Of a DNA stretch of 64,000 nt, positions 36,752-47,142 are shown piece after piece. Source of the stretch: a virus (Duplodnaviria > Caudoviricetes). The first letter of the stretch is position 1, and each line of letters begins with the position of its first letter. Both the position numbers and the translations under genes were made by a program. A model generated the notes under the pieces. It was not told the DNA's origin. It ran no database searches and worked only from the letters and a program-made list of their open reading frames with translations. The DNA lies in IMG/VR virus record IMGVR_UViG_3300028797_000128, positions 32,001 through 96,000 of that record; one strand, 5' to 3'.

Positions 36752-37588
36752 ATGGCTATAAATAGTATTGCTATTAAGCAGATTATCGGCGCATGGGCTT
36801 TCGACTCAGCAGAAAATGTTAAGTGGATGTGTTCTCAAGTTGAAAATCTGCAAATCACTCAGGACGGTGAGGTTACAGAAAAGCGTGATGCTAATGGTTC
36901 TGTTATCTTTACAATTGACAGAAATAAGTCTTGTCAGATAACATTCGATTCATCTGTTTTAGATCTTAGCCTCGTGGCTGCGTTGAATGGTACAGAGAAG
37001 TTTACGGCAGACAGTGACCACGCAATGCGTGTTCCTTATATTGACAGATTTGTGTTAAAGGCAGCAGACGTAAGCGCAGGTTATGTTACTCTGACTAAAA
37101 CTCCTGAAGCAGAGGTTGGCGGTGCATATAAAATTTCATTCCACACTCTGACTGAGGATAACTCTCTTGAGGATAACTATGAACAGGTATCTTCAGCAGC
37201 CACATCAACTAAGTTCTACTATGATTCTACAAATCATAGAGTTTACTTCCCTACAGATGCTACAATATTTAAAGCTGGCACAAAGATAGAGATTATTTAC
37301 GAATACTCTGTAACTGCCGGTGTTAAGGTTGTTAATGCTGCCGATAAGTTCCCTGATGCTGCAAAGGTAAGATTCCTTGTTCTTGCTGTGTCGTTATGTG
37401 ACCAGTCAAGGGTTAAGGCTTTGTGGATTACCGCTAAAAATTCTAAACCACAGACAGGAAATACTATCGGTTTTAACTTAGACGATACAATTTCGGTAAC
37501 TTTAGACCTCGCCTACTCATATTGTGATCAGTCTAAGGATTTCTACGAAATCACAGTCGCAGACGAGACTTTCGTTCCTTCTTGGTGA
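36752..37588 (+). CDS. Major tail tube protein
   Basis: Size, beta-rich, synteny; paralog at 51030. Confidence 0.72.
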   Translation: MAINSIAIKQIIGAWAFDSAENVKWMCSQVENLQITQDGEVTEKRDANGSVIFTIDRNKSCQITFDSSVLDLSLVAALNGTEKFTADSDHAMRVPYIDRFVLKAADVSAGYVTLTKTPEAEVGGAYKISFHTLTEDNSLEDNYEQVSSAATSTKFYYDSTNHRVYFPTDATIFKAGTKIEIIYEYSVTAGVKVVNAADKFPDAAKVRFLVLAVSLCDQSRVKALWITAKNSKPQTGNTIGFNLDDTISVTLDLAYSYCDQSKDFYEITVADETFVPSW

Positions 37589-37594
37589 TAATAT

Positions 37595-37906
37595 ATGAGC
37601 AACATGATAAGGTGTTGGGTTTGCGGTAAAGAGCATGAATATTGCCCTACCTGTGGTCAAACTCATGGTTGGAGATTTGTTGCCGACACCGTTGAGCATT
37701 ATCTCATACATATGACCATTGAAGAATATCGTAGCGGTTCTCTTACTAAGGAACAGGCTGTTGAAAAATTCAAAGAAAAGTGTGATGTAAAGGCAGAAGA
37801 TGATTTATCGTGGATGCTCCCTAATGTCGAAAAGGGTGTTAGAGAAATAATTGGCGACAAAGCAAAAACAGTAAAAACCACAAAGAAATCTAAATTATTT
37901 GAATAA
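37595..37906 (+). CDS. Zinc-finger hypothetical protein
   Basis: CWVCG...CPTC. Confidence 0.75.
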   Translation: MSNMIRCWVCGKEHEYCPTCGQTHGWRFVADTVEHYLIHMTIEEYRSGSLTKEQAVEKFKEKCDVKAEDDLSWMLPNVEKGVREIIGDKAKTVKTTKKSKLFE

Positions 37907-37911
37907 ATGAA

Positions 37912-37950
37912 AGGGGTAAGTAACTTTTACAGAAACTTACCCCTATTTTT
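37912..37950 (+). terminator. Intrinsic terminator
   Basis: AGGGGTAAGT/ACTTACCCCT then ATTTTT. Confidence 0.75.
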
Positions 37951-37965
37951 TATATTGGAGGAAAT

Positions 37966-38511
37966 ATGAAACGAGTTTTGAGCATAGATCAGTCAACTTC
38001 CGCAACAGGGGTTGGCTTTTTTGCTAATGGCAAATTAAAAGATTATTGCCTAATAAAACCAAAAATGAGTAAACGAGCTGATGAGATGTGGGTTGAAGAA
38101 GAACCGCACTTTGTCAGTATTATTATGCCCGAATCAGAGTATGACACTACCCTACTCCGCATAACGGCAATAACAGATCAACTCGAAAAGCTGATTGAGG
38201 AATTTAAGCCAGACGAGATATGGTTTGAAGAAATATTTGAAAATGCGAATCCGAAAGGGTTTAGGTCACTTGCGAGACTGCAAGGATTCATAGCACACAT
38301 TGCCCACAAACATGGCATTAAGTATACCATTGTGGAGGAAACAAAGTGGATAACAGCGTGGGGCAAGTATGGCAGAGGTGTAAAACGTGCAGAACGCAAA
38401 CAAGATATAAAACAGAAAGTAAATGATTATTATAATCTTGATATAAAGGTAGATGACATATCCGACGCTATTGCCATTGGGCGATATGCGGTCGAGTCTC
38501 AAATCGACTAA
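37966..38511 (+). CDS. RuvC-like Holliday junction resolvase
   Basis: LSIDQS, WFEE, DDISDAIAIG. Confidence 0.85.
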   Translation: MKRVLSIDQSTSATGVGFFANGKLKDYCLIKPKMSKRADEMWVEEEPHFVSIIMPESEYDTTLLRITAITDQLEKLIEEFKPDEIWFEEIFENANPKGFRSLARLQGFIAHIAHKHGIKYTIVEETKWITAWGKYGRGVKRAERKQDIKQKVNDYYNLDIKVDDISDAIAIGRYAVESQID

Positions 38512-38577
38512 TCGTGCTTATATCATTACGGGCATAAGCACGAAAGTCGCAATTCTAATTATAAAGGAGATTTAATT

Positions 38578-39093
38578 ATGGCAAACATTATTGAAATCAC
38601 TGACAAGAACCCACTCGTCAATAAGACGGTGCGAATCGGCAAAGTGGCAGTAACAGTAAAAAGCTATCTCAGTGCAGATATCTACGCTGAAATAGCCAAT
38701 ACAATTGCAAATTCTTCGTTTGATGAGACAGGAGCATATCGTCCCGAATACCGTGAAATCGCCCGTCGCTATGTTGTGCTGAAGTACATGACAGACCTCG
38801 ACTTGGGTGAGATGGACACAAGTGAGATATTCAAAGTTACACAGTCTGGAACATGGTACAACACTATTATTAACGAGGTGAACAAGCTCCCCGTATGGGC
38901 AGAACTTGAGCAGTCCGTGGACGAAATCATCAACTATAAGTTGCTCACTCGCAAGACATCATTTGATGACCTGTGTGAAACTCTCTCCGCATTTGCAGAG
39001 AAAATGAGTGACACAAAGTCGCTTGATGAGATTGCTGAAAAACTCACAAACCTTGATGATAAGGCTGTGGTTGAAACTATTGTAAACAAGTAA
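38578..39093 (+). CDS. Hypothetical protein (possible tail assembly chaperone)
   Basis: ORF track, synteny. Confidence 0.6.
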   Translation: MANIIEITDKNPLVNKTVRIGKVAVTVKSYLSADIYAEIANTIANSSFDETGAYRPEYREIARRYVVLKYMTDLDLGEMDTSEIFKVTQSGTWYNTIINEVNKLPVWAELEQSVDEIINYKLLTRKTSFDDLCETLSAFAEKMSDTKSLDEIAEKLTNLDDKAVVETIVNK

Positions 39094-39529
39094 GCGTTTC
39101 TAAAACATCTCCAAAGATGAGATTGAGTCCTTTCTTTTGTAAAGCAACAACTTTCTTGGCTTTGGAGATTAACTTTTTGCGATCCTTGTGAGGTATCTGT
39201 ACGGGTGTTCCGTCACCGAGATATTCGTTCTTGATATATTTGTCTGTTGCCGGACACATATTTTGAAGGAGAACAGCCTTTCTGTGACCGAGAACATCAC
39301 AGAAATCTATGGTATCGCACTTGCCGTATCTTGCAATCTTTTGGTTGTAGATACGCTCAAATTTTTCTACGTGAGAAGAAATTGGTATAAGCCAAAATGC
39401 GCTACCGTCTGTAAAAGCGCAGAAGTAGGGACGATTGTGATTCTCATCCTTATGGGCGTTCATAAAATGCGGATTAGGGAAATCTTTAGCGTATTGGTCA
39501 TTGAGAAAATAGAAGTGTCCGATAGTCAT
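39077..39529 (-). CDS. cptN: Type III toxin-antitoxin toxin, CptN family endoribonuclease
   Basis: GHFYFL.D.Y...NRPYFC...WLIPISS..EKF...CDTI...LLQNMCP..DKYI..EY matches the CptN pattern; preceded by RNA repeats and terminator. Confidence 0.88.
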   Translation of the reverse strand: MTIGHFYFLNDQYAKDFPNPHFMNAHKDENHNRPYFCAFTDGSAFWLIPISSHVEKFERIYNQKIARYGKCDTIDFCDVLGHRKAVLLQNMCPATDKYIKNEYLGDGTPVQIPHKDRKKLISKAKKVVALQKKGLNLIFGDVLETLTCLQ

Positions 39530-39542
39530 GGTATTCTCCTTA

Positions 39543-39577
39543 TAAAGAAAGCCTCGCTGATTAGAGCAAGGCTTAAA
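39543..39577 (-). terminator. Terminator between antitoxin repeats and toxin gene
   Basis: Minus strand AAGCCUUGCU-loop-AGCGAGGCUUUCUUU. Confidence 0.8.
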
Positions 39578-39579
39578 TT

Positions 39580-39672
39580 TGAGCCGATATATTTATGCGA
39601 CGCTTATCGGTAGCGACAAACATATAAAGCCGACATATTTAAGTCGCTTGTCGGTGGCGACAATAAGCAATA
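39580..39672 (-). ncRNA. cptI: Type III antitoxin RNA (CptI-like), two ~46-nt pseudoknot repeats
   Basis: Repeats 39582-39627 and 39628-39670; loop-tail pairing CCGAUA/UAUCGG vs CCGACA/UGUCGG covaries. Confidence 0.85.
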
Positions 39673-39694
39673 ATATAGGTTTCCCTATGATTGT

Positions 39695-39723
39695 ATTATA
39701 TCACAATGAAACGAATTTGTCAA
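39695..39723 (-). promoter_or_regulatory. sigma-A promoter of cptIN
   Basis: TTGACA-17bp-TATAAT with TG extension. Confidence 0.85.
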
Positions 39724-39750
39724 GTATTTTTTTGAAAGGTGGTGGAGAGT

Positions 39751-40269
39751 ATGGCAGATAGCATAAAAACGCAGTTGGCACGTATAATGGCTGGTAAGAC
39801 AAAAATGGGTAACGGATTAACCATAAGACAAAATCTTGAAAAAGCAGTAGATTATCTCTATGACTGTGTGGACAACTTTATACAGGAATATTATCTGTCA
39901 TATACTCCTAAAATATATCAACGCACAAATGATTTTCAAGATTCTCTTTATGCAGAGGATTTTATTCATGCAAGAGTAAACGGAAACAGGATTGAACTTA
40001 GTGTATCATTTAGACCGTCAATGGCGTATCATAAGAATTTGTTTGGTGACCATATGTCCTACGTTCCACTTCTTATTAATAACGGATGGCATAGTAAAAA
40101 ACTGGAAGATAGAATTGGAGAAGTGCCACGTTTTACCAGATATGAGGGCTATCATTTTTTAGAAAAAGCGGTTCAGATGTTCAACCGTACAAATCCTTAT
40201 GGTGTCTACATTTCTCCTAACGACATAGAAGCTCAATGGGAAGGTCGAGACATTGAATTTAGTTGGTAA
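39751..40269 (+). CDS. Tail-completion/neck-like protein
   Basis: YTPKIYQRT motif; position before TMP. Confidence 0.55.
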   Translation: MADSIKTQLARIMAGKTKMGNGLTIRQNLEKAVDYLYDCVDNFIQEYYLSYTPKIYQRTNDFQDSLYAEDFIHARVNGNRIELSVSFRPSMAYHKNLFGDHMSYVPLLINNGWHSKKLEDRIGEVPRFTRYEGYHFLEKAVQMFNRTNPYGVYISPNDIEAQWEGRDIEFSW

Positions 40270-40284
40270 AAAGAAAGGAGTGAT

Positions 40285-43200
40285 ATGATGGCAAATGATA
40301 GTAAGATAGTAATAACTGCGGGATTGCAAATACCTGAAACAGTCAGCACCGTTGAAAAAGAATTAAAAGTTGTCGGGGAAAAGGTATCAGCAGATCGTGC
40401 ATTAAAGATAGTAGCGAATGTGGATTTGAGCAAGACTACTCAGCGTATTCAGTCACAGTTAACTACTCTTAGTAAAAATCTTAAGCTTGATATTAATACT
40501 GTAAATGTTAATGCTCATGGAATCAATGGTGTTCAACAGAACATACAGCAAACATCCGCATCAATTGATGATGCTAACAAAAGAGTTCAGCAATTGAATA
40601 ATAGCCTTGCTGATTTAAAAGACTCATATTCACAACCAATCAAAGCAGTTTTAGATAAGCAAGGTTTTGTAAAAGCATCTGAAACGATGCAGGAACTCAA
40701 AAAGCAACTTGCCGATCTTGGTACGGTTTCGGTTCAAGGCGTTTATGGAGACACTAACGGAACAAACAAACTTGAAAAAATGATTGCCACTGTTAAATCG
40801 GCTTATGGAGAATTAAGAACTCTAACCTTTGAGCTTGGAGATAACGATTTCTTTAGATTTGTTAGTGGTAAGTTTGATAATGATGGTATTCGTAAGCAAA
40901 CTGAAGAAATAACCAAGTTTGTAGACCAGTACACATCAAAACTCAATTCTTTAAAGGCAAAAGTCGGAGAGAACTTTGCCCCTAATATATCTGCAACCAT
41001 TGGCGAAGATATTGACAAGACAATTGTCACATTTGACAGTTTTGAAAAGAAGTTAGCAGAATTGAAAAGTGGCAAAGGGAGCATTGAGGAGCTTCGTGCT
41101 GAGTTTGTTGCTCTCGATGGAACTGTATCAAATTTAGGTTCTCTGTTGCGTGGCGGTGATTCGTCACTCAATCAGTTTACTAATGCTACTATTAAAGCAA
41201 GAAACTTTGCTAATGACTTAAAGGCTTTAGAGGTTGAATTTGAGAATCTTAGTGCAGTTACTCAAAACGACAAACTGTTTAGTTCTCTTGCAGAGGCAGA
41301 ACAAAAACTTGTGGCTTTGCAGAATGTTCAGAAGAATGAGGGCTACACCGAAAATTGGATAAAACAATACCAAGAATTAAGTGTTGCCATCAAACAGGCT
41401 ACGGAAGATGTCAAGTTAGCAAAGAAACTTGAACAGCAAGATGCATCGTCTGCTACCAAAAAGCAAGCCGACGCATTAAGAGAGGTTGCTTCTGCATACA
41501 AAGAGATTAATCAGTATACAAAAACTCTTTACTCTACTTCTGCAACCGATGTTGAAAAGGGACTTGTGGGTGCTCATCGTGGAGATCAATACGCTCTTAT
41601 TGAGCAGATCAAACAACGCCTTGAATCAGAAGGACTTCTTGACGATGTATTAAAACAGGAAATCCAGAATTATGAGGCTATAGCCAAAGAAATTGAATTA
41701 ATTGCCAAGTCAAGGAGAGATGCGACACAAGCTCACAGAGAAGAAGTTGAAGCAGAAAAGGCAGAAAAACAAAATCTGCAAGATGTCAACAGACTAATTA
41801 ACGACAACATTAAATCTCTTGAAAAGTTCAACAATAGCACTGTCGCAAAGAATAACGCAAGTAACTCAGCAGTTGCAAGTCAAACTGGATTAAATGCGGA
41901 TTTGATTAATCAATTGCGTGGCTTACAGGAGTCTTTGGCAAATGACAAATCTCCTGAGAATATCGCAAGAATTACTGCACGTTTGAATGAACTTGGCGGT
42001 TCTTTGAAAGACGCAACTGCTCGGAGCGCAGAGTTAAATCAGAGTTTAAAAGACAATGATGCGTCTGCCAAATTCAGTGCAAAACTCAATCAGCTCAAAA
42101 ATCAGGTTGATGTATTTGCCAACACAAACCGCAGAGCGACAGAATCTTTGCGTTTAATGCGTGATGGTCAGACAACATTTGCACAGGGTTTTCAGAATAT
42201 CAGAGATGCTTTAAGTAGAGGAAATCTTGATGCTGCTGGTTTGCAACGATTAACTGAACAGTTCCGCAACTTCCGTGGCGAGGCAGATGCGGCAGGAATG
42301 ACGGTAAGCCGTTTCTTCCAGAGTATGCAGTCTCAGCTTCGCATGGTGCTTCAGCGTTGGATAAGTCTGTATGCTGTAATTGGATATATCCGCAAGATGA
42401 TAGATAATGTCAAGGAACTTGACAATGCTATGATAAACCTGCGGAGAGTTACTGACGAAACCGATGCTGGTTATCAGAGATTTTTAGAAGATGCTAATAA
42501 GTTGGCACGACAGATGAAAACCACAACGGCAAGTCTTGTGGAAATGAGCTACCAGTGGAGTAAGCTCGGCTTTGAAATGAACGAGGCGTTAGAGTTGTCG
42601 AAAGCGTCTACTATCTTTATGCGAGTTGCTGACGTTGGACAGGATCAGGCTTTGAGCAACCTTGTTACATCTTTAAAGGCATTTAGACTTGAAGCAAGTC
42701 AAACTATGGATGTAGTTGACAAACTTGATAAACTGAATAACGAGTATGCTGTAAGCGCATCTGGTTTGGGTCAGGGTCTTGAGCGTTCTGCTTCGGCTAT
42801 GGCAATGACAGGAAACAGTCTTGAAGAAACTCTTGCAATGTTGACTGGCGCTGGCGAAATAACTCAGAATCTTGAAAATACGGGAAATGCCCTTCGTGTA
42901 ATTTCGCTCAGACTTCAAAATATGAAAGGTAAATTAGAGGAGTTAGGTGAGCCAGTAGACGACCTTATGGAAGTCAGCAAGGTTCAAACTCAAATTCTCA
43001 ATCTCACTCATAATCAAGTTGACATTATAGACCAAAGTACGGGGGAATTTAGAAGTACATATCAGATACTACAAGATATCGCAAAGGTGTGGGATTCTCT
43101 AAACTCGCAAAGCCGTAGTTCATTGTTGGAAATTATAGCTGGTAAGAACAGAGCCAATATCGGTTCTGCGCTCATACAGGCATTTCAGTCTGGACAAATT

Positions 43201-46200
43201 CAATCTGCCTTTGATGCTGCTAAAAATGCCGCAGGAACGGCAACTGAAGAATATGGCAAAATGATGCAGGGTATTCAAGCTCAGTTCGATGCGTTTAAAG
43301 GTGCGTTCCAAGAGTTCTCAAATGCATTCGTCAATTCGGATTTGCTTAAAGGATTAGTAAAATTCGGAACTCAGTTCATTAAGTTCCTTACTGCCGTCAC
43401 TGATAAGGTTGGTGGGCTGATTGTTGTGCTTACACCAATTTTGATGTATTTTGGAGGTAAAACTGGCACTAATATTTTTTCAGTTATCATTAATGGACTT
43501 AAAGGATTGGTTGCAGCGGAGACAGGTGCTATAACTGCAACTGGTGCATTAACAACCGCTTTAAAGACTATGGGAGGCGCACTTTCAGGTCTTGCGATAG
43601 GACTTGCAATCGGTGCTATCTCAGCCATTGTAGATAAACTTGTTGTTACATCGGCTGAAACAGAGGCATCTATCAAAGATATTACAAGTGCAGTTGGCGA
43701 TTTAGCCAATGCGACAGAAGAACTCGAAAAATCTCAAACAGATATAGAGAACATTGCACAGAGCTATTCTAAAATTGCGACTACAGTCGGTGATGTAAAT
43801 GAGCGTAAAACTCAATTGCTCGAATTACAGAATCAGTTGTCAGATAAATTTAAAGATGAGGCGGATGGAATTGACCTTGTAAACGGCAAGTATTCTGACC
43901 AAATTAAGAAAATAAAAGAACTTGCTGAAGAACAGCGTAGACAGTATGAAATTGAAAATGCTGATAAAATTGCAAAAGCAAGAAGGTTAGCTAATTTAAG
44001 AGTTGAAGAACCAAGTTATGTGTCTGCTGGGGATAACTTAACATCTCCTAATGGCTATTACGACCGAATTGATGATAAAAAAGGAGATAGGGCGTTATTC
44101 ACATTAAAAGGGTTGAATAAAGAAGCTATGATTGCCGCCACTAATATAGAGGGGGTTTATAGAGCAAGTGATTTTGCAGGAGTTTATCTCAGCGGAACTC
44201 TTGAAGATGCACGAAATCAACTCAAACAAATTATTGACAATTATAGCAAACTTAGAGATGTCGATTCTGAAACACTCGAAAAACTCACGGCTCGTTATAA
44301 AGAACTTAATGATGCGTTGAATGATATAAAAGAAGTAACGCCTTATATTGAAGATATTGAGTTTAAACCTGTTTTTACTGGCATATTTGATGGATTTTCT
44401 GATGCTGTTAATCAAGCGGTTTCAGATGTAACAATGCAACCATTTTATGACAAACTTGATGAAGCGCAAGACAAGTTAAGGCAACTTGCAAACCCAAGCG
44501 ATCTCACCATTGCCGAATATGACACTCTTTATAAAGATGTGCAGAAACTCGAAGGCGAGTTATATAAAATAGCTGGTGATAGTGAGGATTCAAAGAGAGC
44601 CGTAGCCGATTTGTTTAATGGCTTTAAACAAGGCACATCAGAAAACGGCGACCACTTAGAGCAGTTCGTGGAACAGTTTAATACTACTCTTGAAGATTCG
44701 TTCAAGAAGGTTGCTGAGACTGTAACTGGTGTGCAGGACGCTATAAACAAATTAGCAGAAGGTAAAGGTCTTAGCCATTCCGAAGCATGGAAATTGCTCA
44801 AAGAAGATACAGATGGTTATTTGCAGTCTATTAAACTTGTTAATGGTGAATACTACTTATCACAAGAAGAATTAATTAAGTTTAAGGACGCTAAGATAAA
44901 AGCGTCAATAGATGAATTAAAGGCTTCTAACGAGCAGTATGTACAAGAAAGAGAAAATTTAATAAAGCAGTTGGGTTTATTAAAGGAAGATCTCAAGGTA
45001 CAGTTGAAAATATATAATCTTAAAGTGAAGCAAAGATCGGCAACGCAAACTGATCTTAGAGAAATCGAGAAAATTAAAATTGATATTTCTGAGACTGAGG
45101 GTTCAATCAAGAGATGTAACGATTTGTGGACACGCAACAATTATCTCATTGAAGAACTCAATCAAAATCTTGGCGATACTCGTATACTTTCGCTTGCAAC
45201 AGAAACGGAATTAAATAATGCTATCAAATCGTTTGAGAATGAAATCAAATCAATAGAGGATTCAGTTGATGTTCTCAATGACCGCAAAGACGCTCTTGAA
45301 TCTGAGAAAGACCTTTTGCAAGATCAGCTTGATATCCTCAATGAGCAGAAAGAAACTATTGAGGACACAATCAAAAAATATGATGCTGTTGCTGATGCTG
45401 TAAGTGGTTATGCAAAGGCTCAGACTGATGCTATTCAAGAACAGATTGATGCAATGGAAGAAGCTGCTGAGTCTATCAAAAAGGATTATGATGACCAGAT
45501 TAGTGAGCTTGAAGAACAAAACGAAGAACGTGACGATGCCATTAAAAAGGAAAAAGCACTTGCCGACCTTCAAAATGCGCAGAATCAGAAAAAGCGTGTG
45601 TTCTCTGCTGAACGTGGCTGGGAATATCAATCCTCAAAGGAAGATATACTTACGGCTCAAAAAGAACTTGCTGACATTGAAACCGAGCAAAGGATTAAGT
45701 CTCTTGAAAAAGAACGTGATACTAAACTTGCCGAGATTGATAACCATAAAGAAGTTTATGAGTTGCAAATTAAGGCTTATGAGGACTACGCTAAGAAATA
45801 TTCAGACATCTCATCTAACATCAAACAAACAGAAAACGAATTATTAGCAGATCAAATACTTGGTGCTGATTGGCGTGAGAAGATAACAGAAGAAGCACAA
45901 AGTAGTATCGAAACTCTGTTTGGCAATTGGGGTACATTTGGTGGCTTAGACATTGCTTTTACGCCTGTGCTAAAGACATCTAATAACTCAACAGAAGTTC
46001 TTGATTCTCAAACCATATCCGATTATATCAATGCCATAGTTCAAAAAGCAGGTGGCGATTTAAGTGCAGCCAATATTCTCAAGCTTGATTCTACGGGTCT
46101 TGATATTGGTGGTAAAACGATTAAAAATATCATAGCTGATGTAGGTACTACGGCAGAACAGACAAGCAAGATTATTCGTTATATTGGCAAAAACGGAGTT

Positions 46201-47088
46201 TACAATCTCGTATCAGAACAGATTGGTAATGTTACGTCTACTCTTGATATAGGCATTGACAAAGTTCACGAAACTAATGAAGCACTTCTTGGTAATACAG
46301 AAATGCTTAATAGGTTTGAGAGCGAATATAAAGAATATAATAATCAACTCAATAATCTTATTAACAACGAAATTAAGAACTTGCAAGACAGTATTGATAT
46401 GAAACAGTCCGAGATAGATAAGATTGATGACGAAATCAAGGCTTACAACAAATATAAATCTGCTGTCCAAAGCAATTTGAACGATGCAAAAGATGCACTT
46501 GAAAGCTACAAGAACACCGTAAATACGGTCAAGACAGATACAATTAATTATATGAATGAAATGTCTGGCACTGTTGGCGGTGCTTGTGGAGCGATCGGCG
46601 CTGCTATTGCAGGAATGGAAAATTCTATCTGGAACAATCATAATAAGATATTAGATTGGTTTAGGGACATAGGCAACGCCGCAAGAGAGATGTATGATGA
46701 AGTTGGACAAGGCGCAACAGGTGCAGGATTTTTAGGCTTAAAACTTGCAGGATTTTCAAAGGGCGGTGTCAATGACTACACTGGACTTGCTATGCTTCAC
46801 GGTACAAAACAGAATCCAGAGACAATCTTCAATGCTAATGATTCTAAGAAACTGTACGATCTTGTGCATAATACTCCAAACTTGATAGATAGCATTGTAA
46901 AACGGGCTGGACAAATCAGTAGTTTTACTCCAACAACTATCAACAACAGAAACGATACAAATTCAAGCAATATAAGTGTAAATATCGGTCAAGTTGTGGC
47001 TAATAACCCGCAAGAATTGACACGTAATCTCGACACGCATCTTGACAGCTATTTTAGACGTAAGCTGACAATGGGATATGTACAATAA
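40285..47088 (+). CDS. Tail tape measure protein
   Basis: 2267 aa, coiled-coil; ELDNAMINLRRVTD, IAGKNRAN core; hydrophobic segment; C-terminal GFSKGGVNDYTG. Confidence 0.95.
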   Translation: MMANDSKIVITAGLQIPETVSTVEKELKVVGEKVSADRALKIVANVDLSKTTQRIQSQLTTLSKNLKLDINTVNVNAHGINGVQQNIQQTSASIDDANKRVQQLNNSLADLKDSYSQPIKAVLDKQGFVKASETMQELKKQLADLGTVSVQGVYGDTNGTNKLEKMIATVKSAYGELRTLTFELGDNDFFRFVSGKFDNDGIRKQTEEITKFVDQYTSKLNSLKAKVGENFAPNISATIGEDIDKTIVTFDSFEKKLAELKSGKGSIEELRAEFVALDGTVSNLGSLLRGGDSSLNQFTNATIKARNFANDLKALEVEFENLSAVTQNDKLFSSLAEAEQKLVALQNVQKNEGYTENWIKQYQELSVAIKQATEDVKLAKKLEQQDASSATKKQADALREVASAYKEINQYTKTLYSTSATDVEKGLVGAHRGDQYALIEQIKQRLESEGLLDDVLKQEIQNYEAIAKEIELIAKSRRDATQAHREEVEAEKAEKQNLQDVNRLINDNIKSLEKFNNSTVAKNNASNSAVASQTGLNADLINQLRGLQESLANDKSPENIARITARLNELGGSLKDATARSAELNQSLKDNDASAKFSAKLNQLKNQVDVFANTNRRATESLRLMRDGQTTFAQGFQNIRDALSRGNLDAAGLQRLTEQFRNFRGEADAAGMTVSRFFQSMQSQLRMVLQRWISLYAVIGYIRKMIDNVKELDNAMINLRRVTDETDAGYQRFLEDANKLARQMKTTTASLVEMSYQWSKLGFEMNEALELSKASTIFMRVADVGQDQALSNLVTSLKAFRLEASQTMDVVDKLDKLNNEYAVSASGLGQGLERSASAMAMTGNSLEETLAMLTGAGEITQNLENTGNALRVISLRLQNMKGKLEELGEPVDDLMEVSKVQTQILNLTHNQVDIIDQSTGEFRSTYQILQDIAKVWDSLNSQSRSSLLEIIAGKNRANIGSALIQAFQSGQIQSAFDAAKNAAGTATEEYGKMMQGIQAQFDAFKGAFQEFSNAFVNSDLLKGLVKFGTQFIKFLTAVTDKVGGLIVVLTPILMYFGGKTGTNIFSVIINGLKGLVAAETGAITATGALTTALKTMGGALSGLAIGLAIGAISAIVDKLVVTSAETEASIKDITSAVGDLANATEELEKSQTDIENIAQSYSKIATTVGDVNERKTQLLELQNQLSDKFKDEADGIDLVNGKYSDQIKKIKELAEEQRRQYEIENADKIAKARRLANLRVEEPSYVSAGDNLTSPNGYYDRIDDKKGDRALFTLKGLNKEAMIAATNIEGVYRASDFAGVYLSGTLEDARNQLKQIIDNYSKLRDVDSETLEKLTARYKELNDALNDIKEVTPYIEDIEFKPVFTGIFDGFSDAVNQAVSDVTMQPFYDKLDEAQDKLRQLANPSDLTIAEYDTLYKDVQKLEGELYKIAGDSEDSKRAVADLFNGFKQGTSENGDHLEQFVEQFNTTLEDSFKKVAETVTGVQDAINKLAEGKGLSHSEAWKLLKEDTDGYLQSIKLVNGEYYLSQEELIKFKDAKIKASIDELKASNEQYVQERENLIKQLGLLKEDLKVQLKIYNLKVKQRSATQTDLREIEKIKIDISETEGSIKRCNDLWTRNNYLIEELNQNLGDTRILSLATETELNNAIKSFENEIKSIEDSVDVLNDRKDALESEKDLLQDQLDILNEQKETIEDTIKKYDAVADAVSGYAKAQTDAIQEQIDAMEEAAESIKKDYDDQISELEEQNEERDDAIKKEKALADLQNAQNQKKRVFSAERGWEYQSSKEDILTAQKELADIETEQRIKSLEKERDTKLAEIDNHKEVYELQIKAYEDYAKKYSDISSNIKQTENELLADQILGADWREKITEEAQSSIETLFGNWGTFGGLDIAFTPVLKTSNNSTEVLDSQTISDYINAIVQKAGGDLSAANILKLDSTGLDIGGKTIKNIIADVGTTAEQTSKIIRYIGKNGVYNLVSEQIGNVTSTLDIGIDKVHETNEALLGNTEMLNRFESEYKEYNNQLNNLINNEIKNLQDSIDMKQSEIDKIDDEIKAYNKYKSAVQSNLNDAKDALESYKNTVNTVKTDTINYMNEMSGTVGGACGAIGAAIAGMENSIWNNHNKILDWFRDIGNAAREMYDEVGQGATGAGFLGLKLAGFSKGGVNDYTGLAMLHGTKQNPETIFNANDSKKLYDLVHNTPNLIDSIVKRAGQISSFTPTTINNRNDTNSSNISVNIGQVVANNPQELTRNLDTHLDSYFRRKLTMGYVQ

Positions 47089-47095
47089 TAAACTA

Positions 47096-47128
47096 TCTCC
47101 CCTATTAATTTAGGGGAGAATTATTTTT
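47096..47128 (+). terminator. Terminator-like hairpin
   Basis: TCTCCCCTA/TAGGGGAGA then ATTATTTTT. Confidence 0.6.
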
Positions 47129-47142
47129 AAGGAGGTGAGTCA

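Noticed and set aside
38578-39093. Programmed -1 frameshift of a tail assembly chaperone
   Set aside because: No clear slippery heptamer near the 3' end, and the downstream sequence is occupied by the antisense toxin gene
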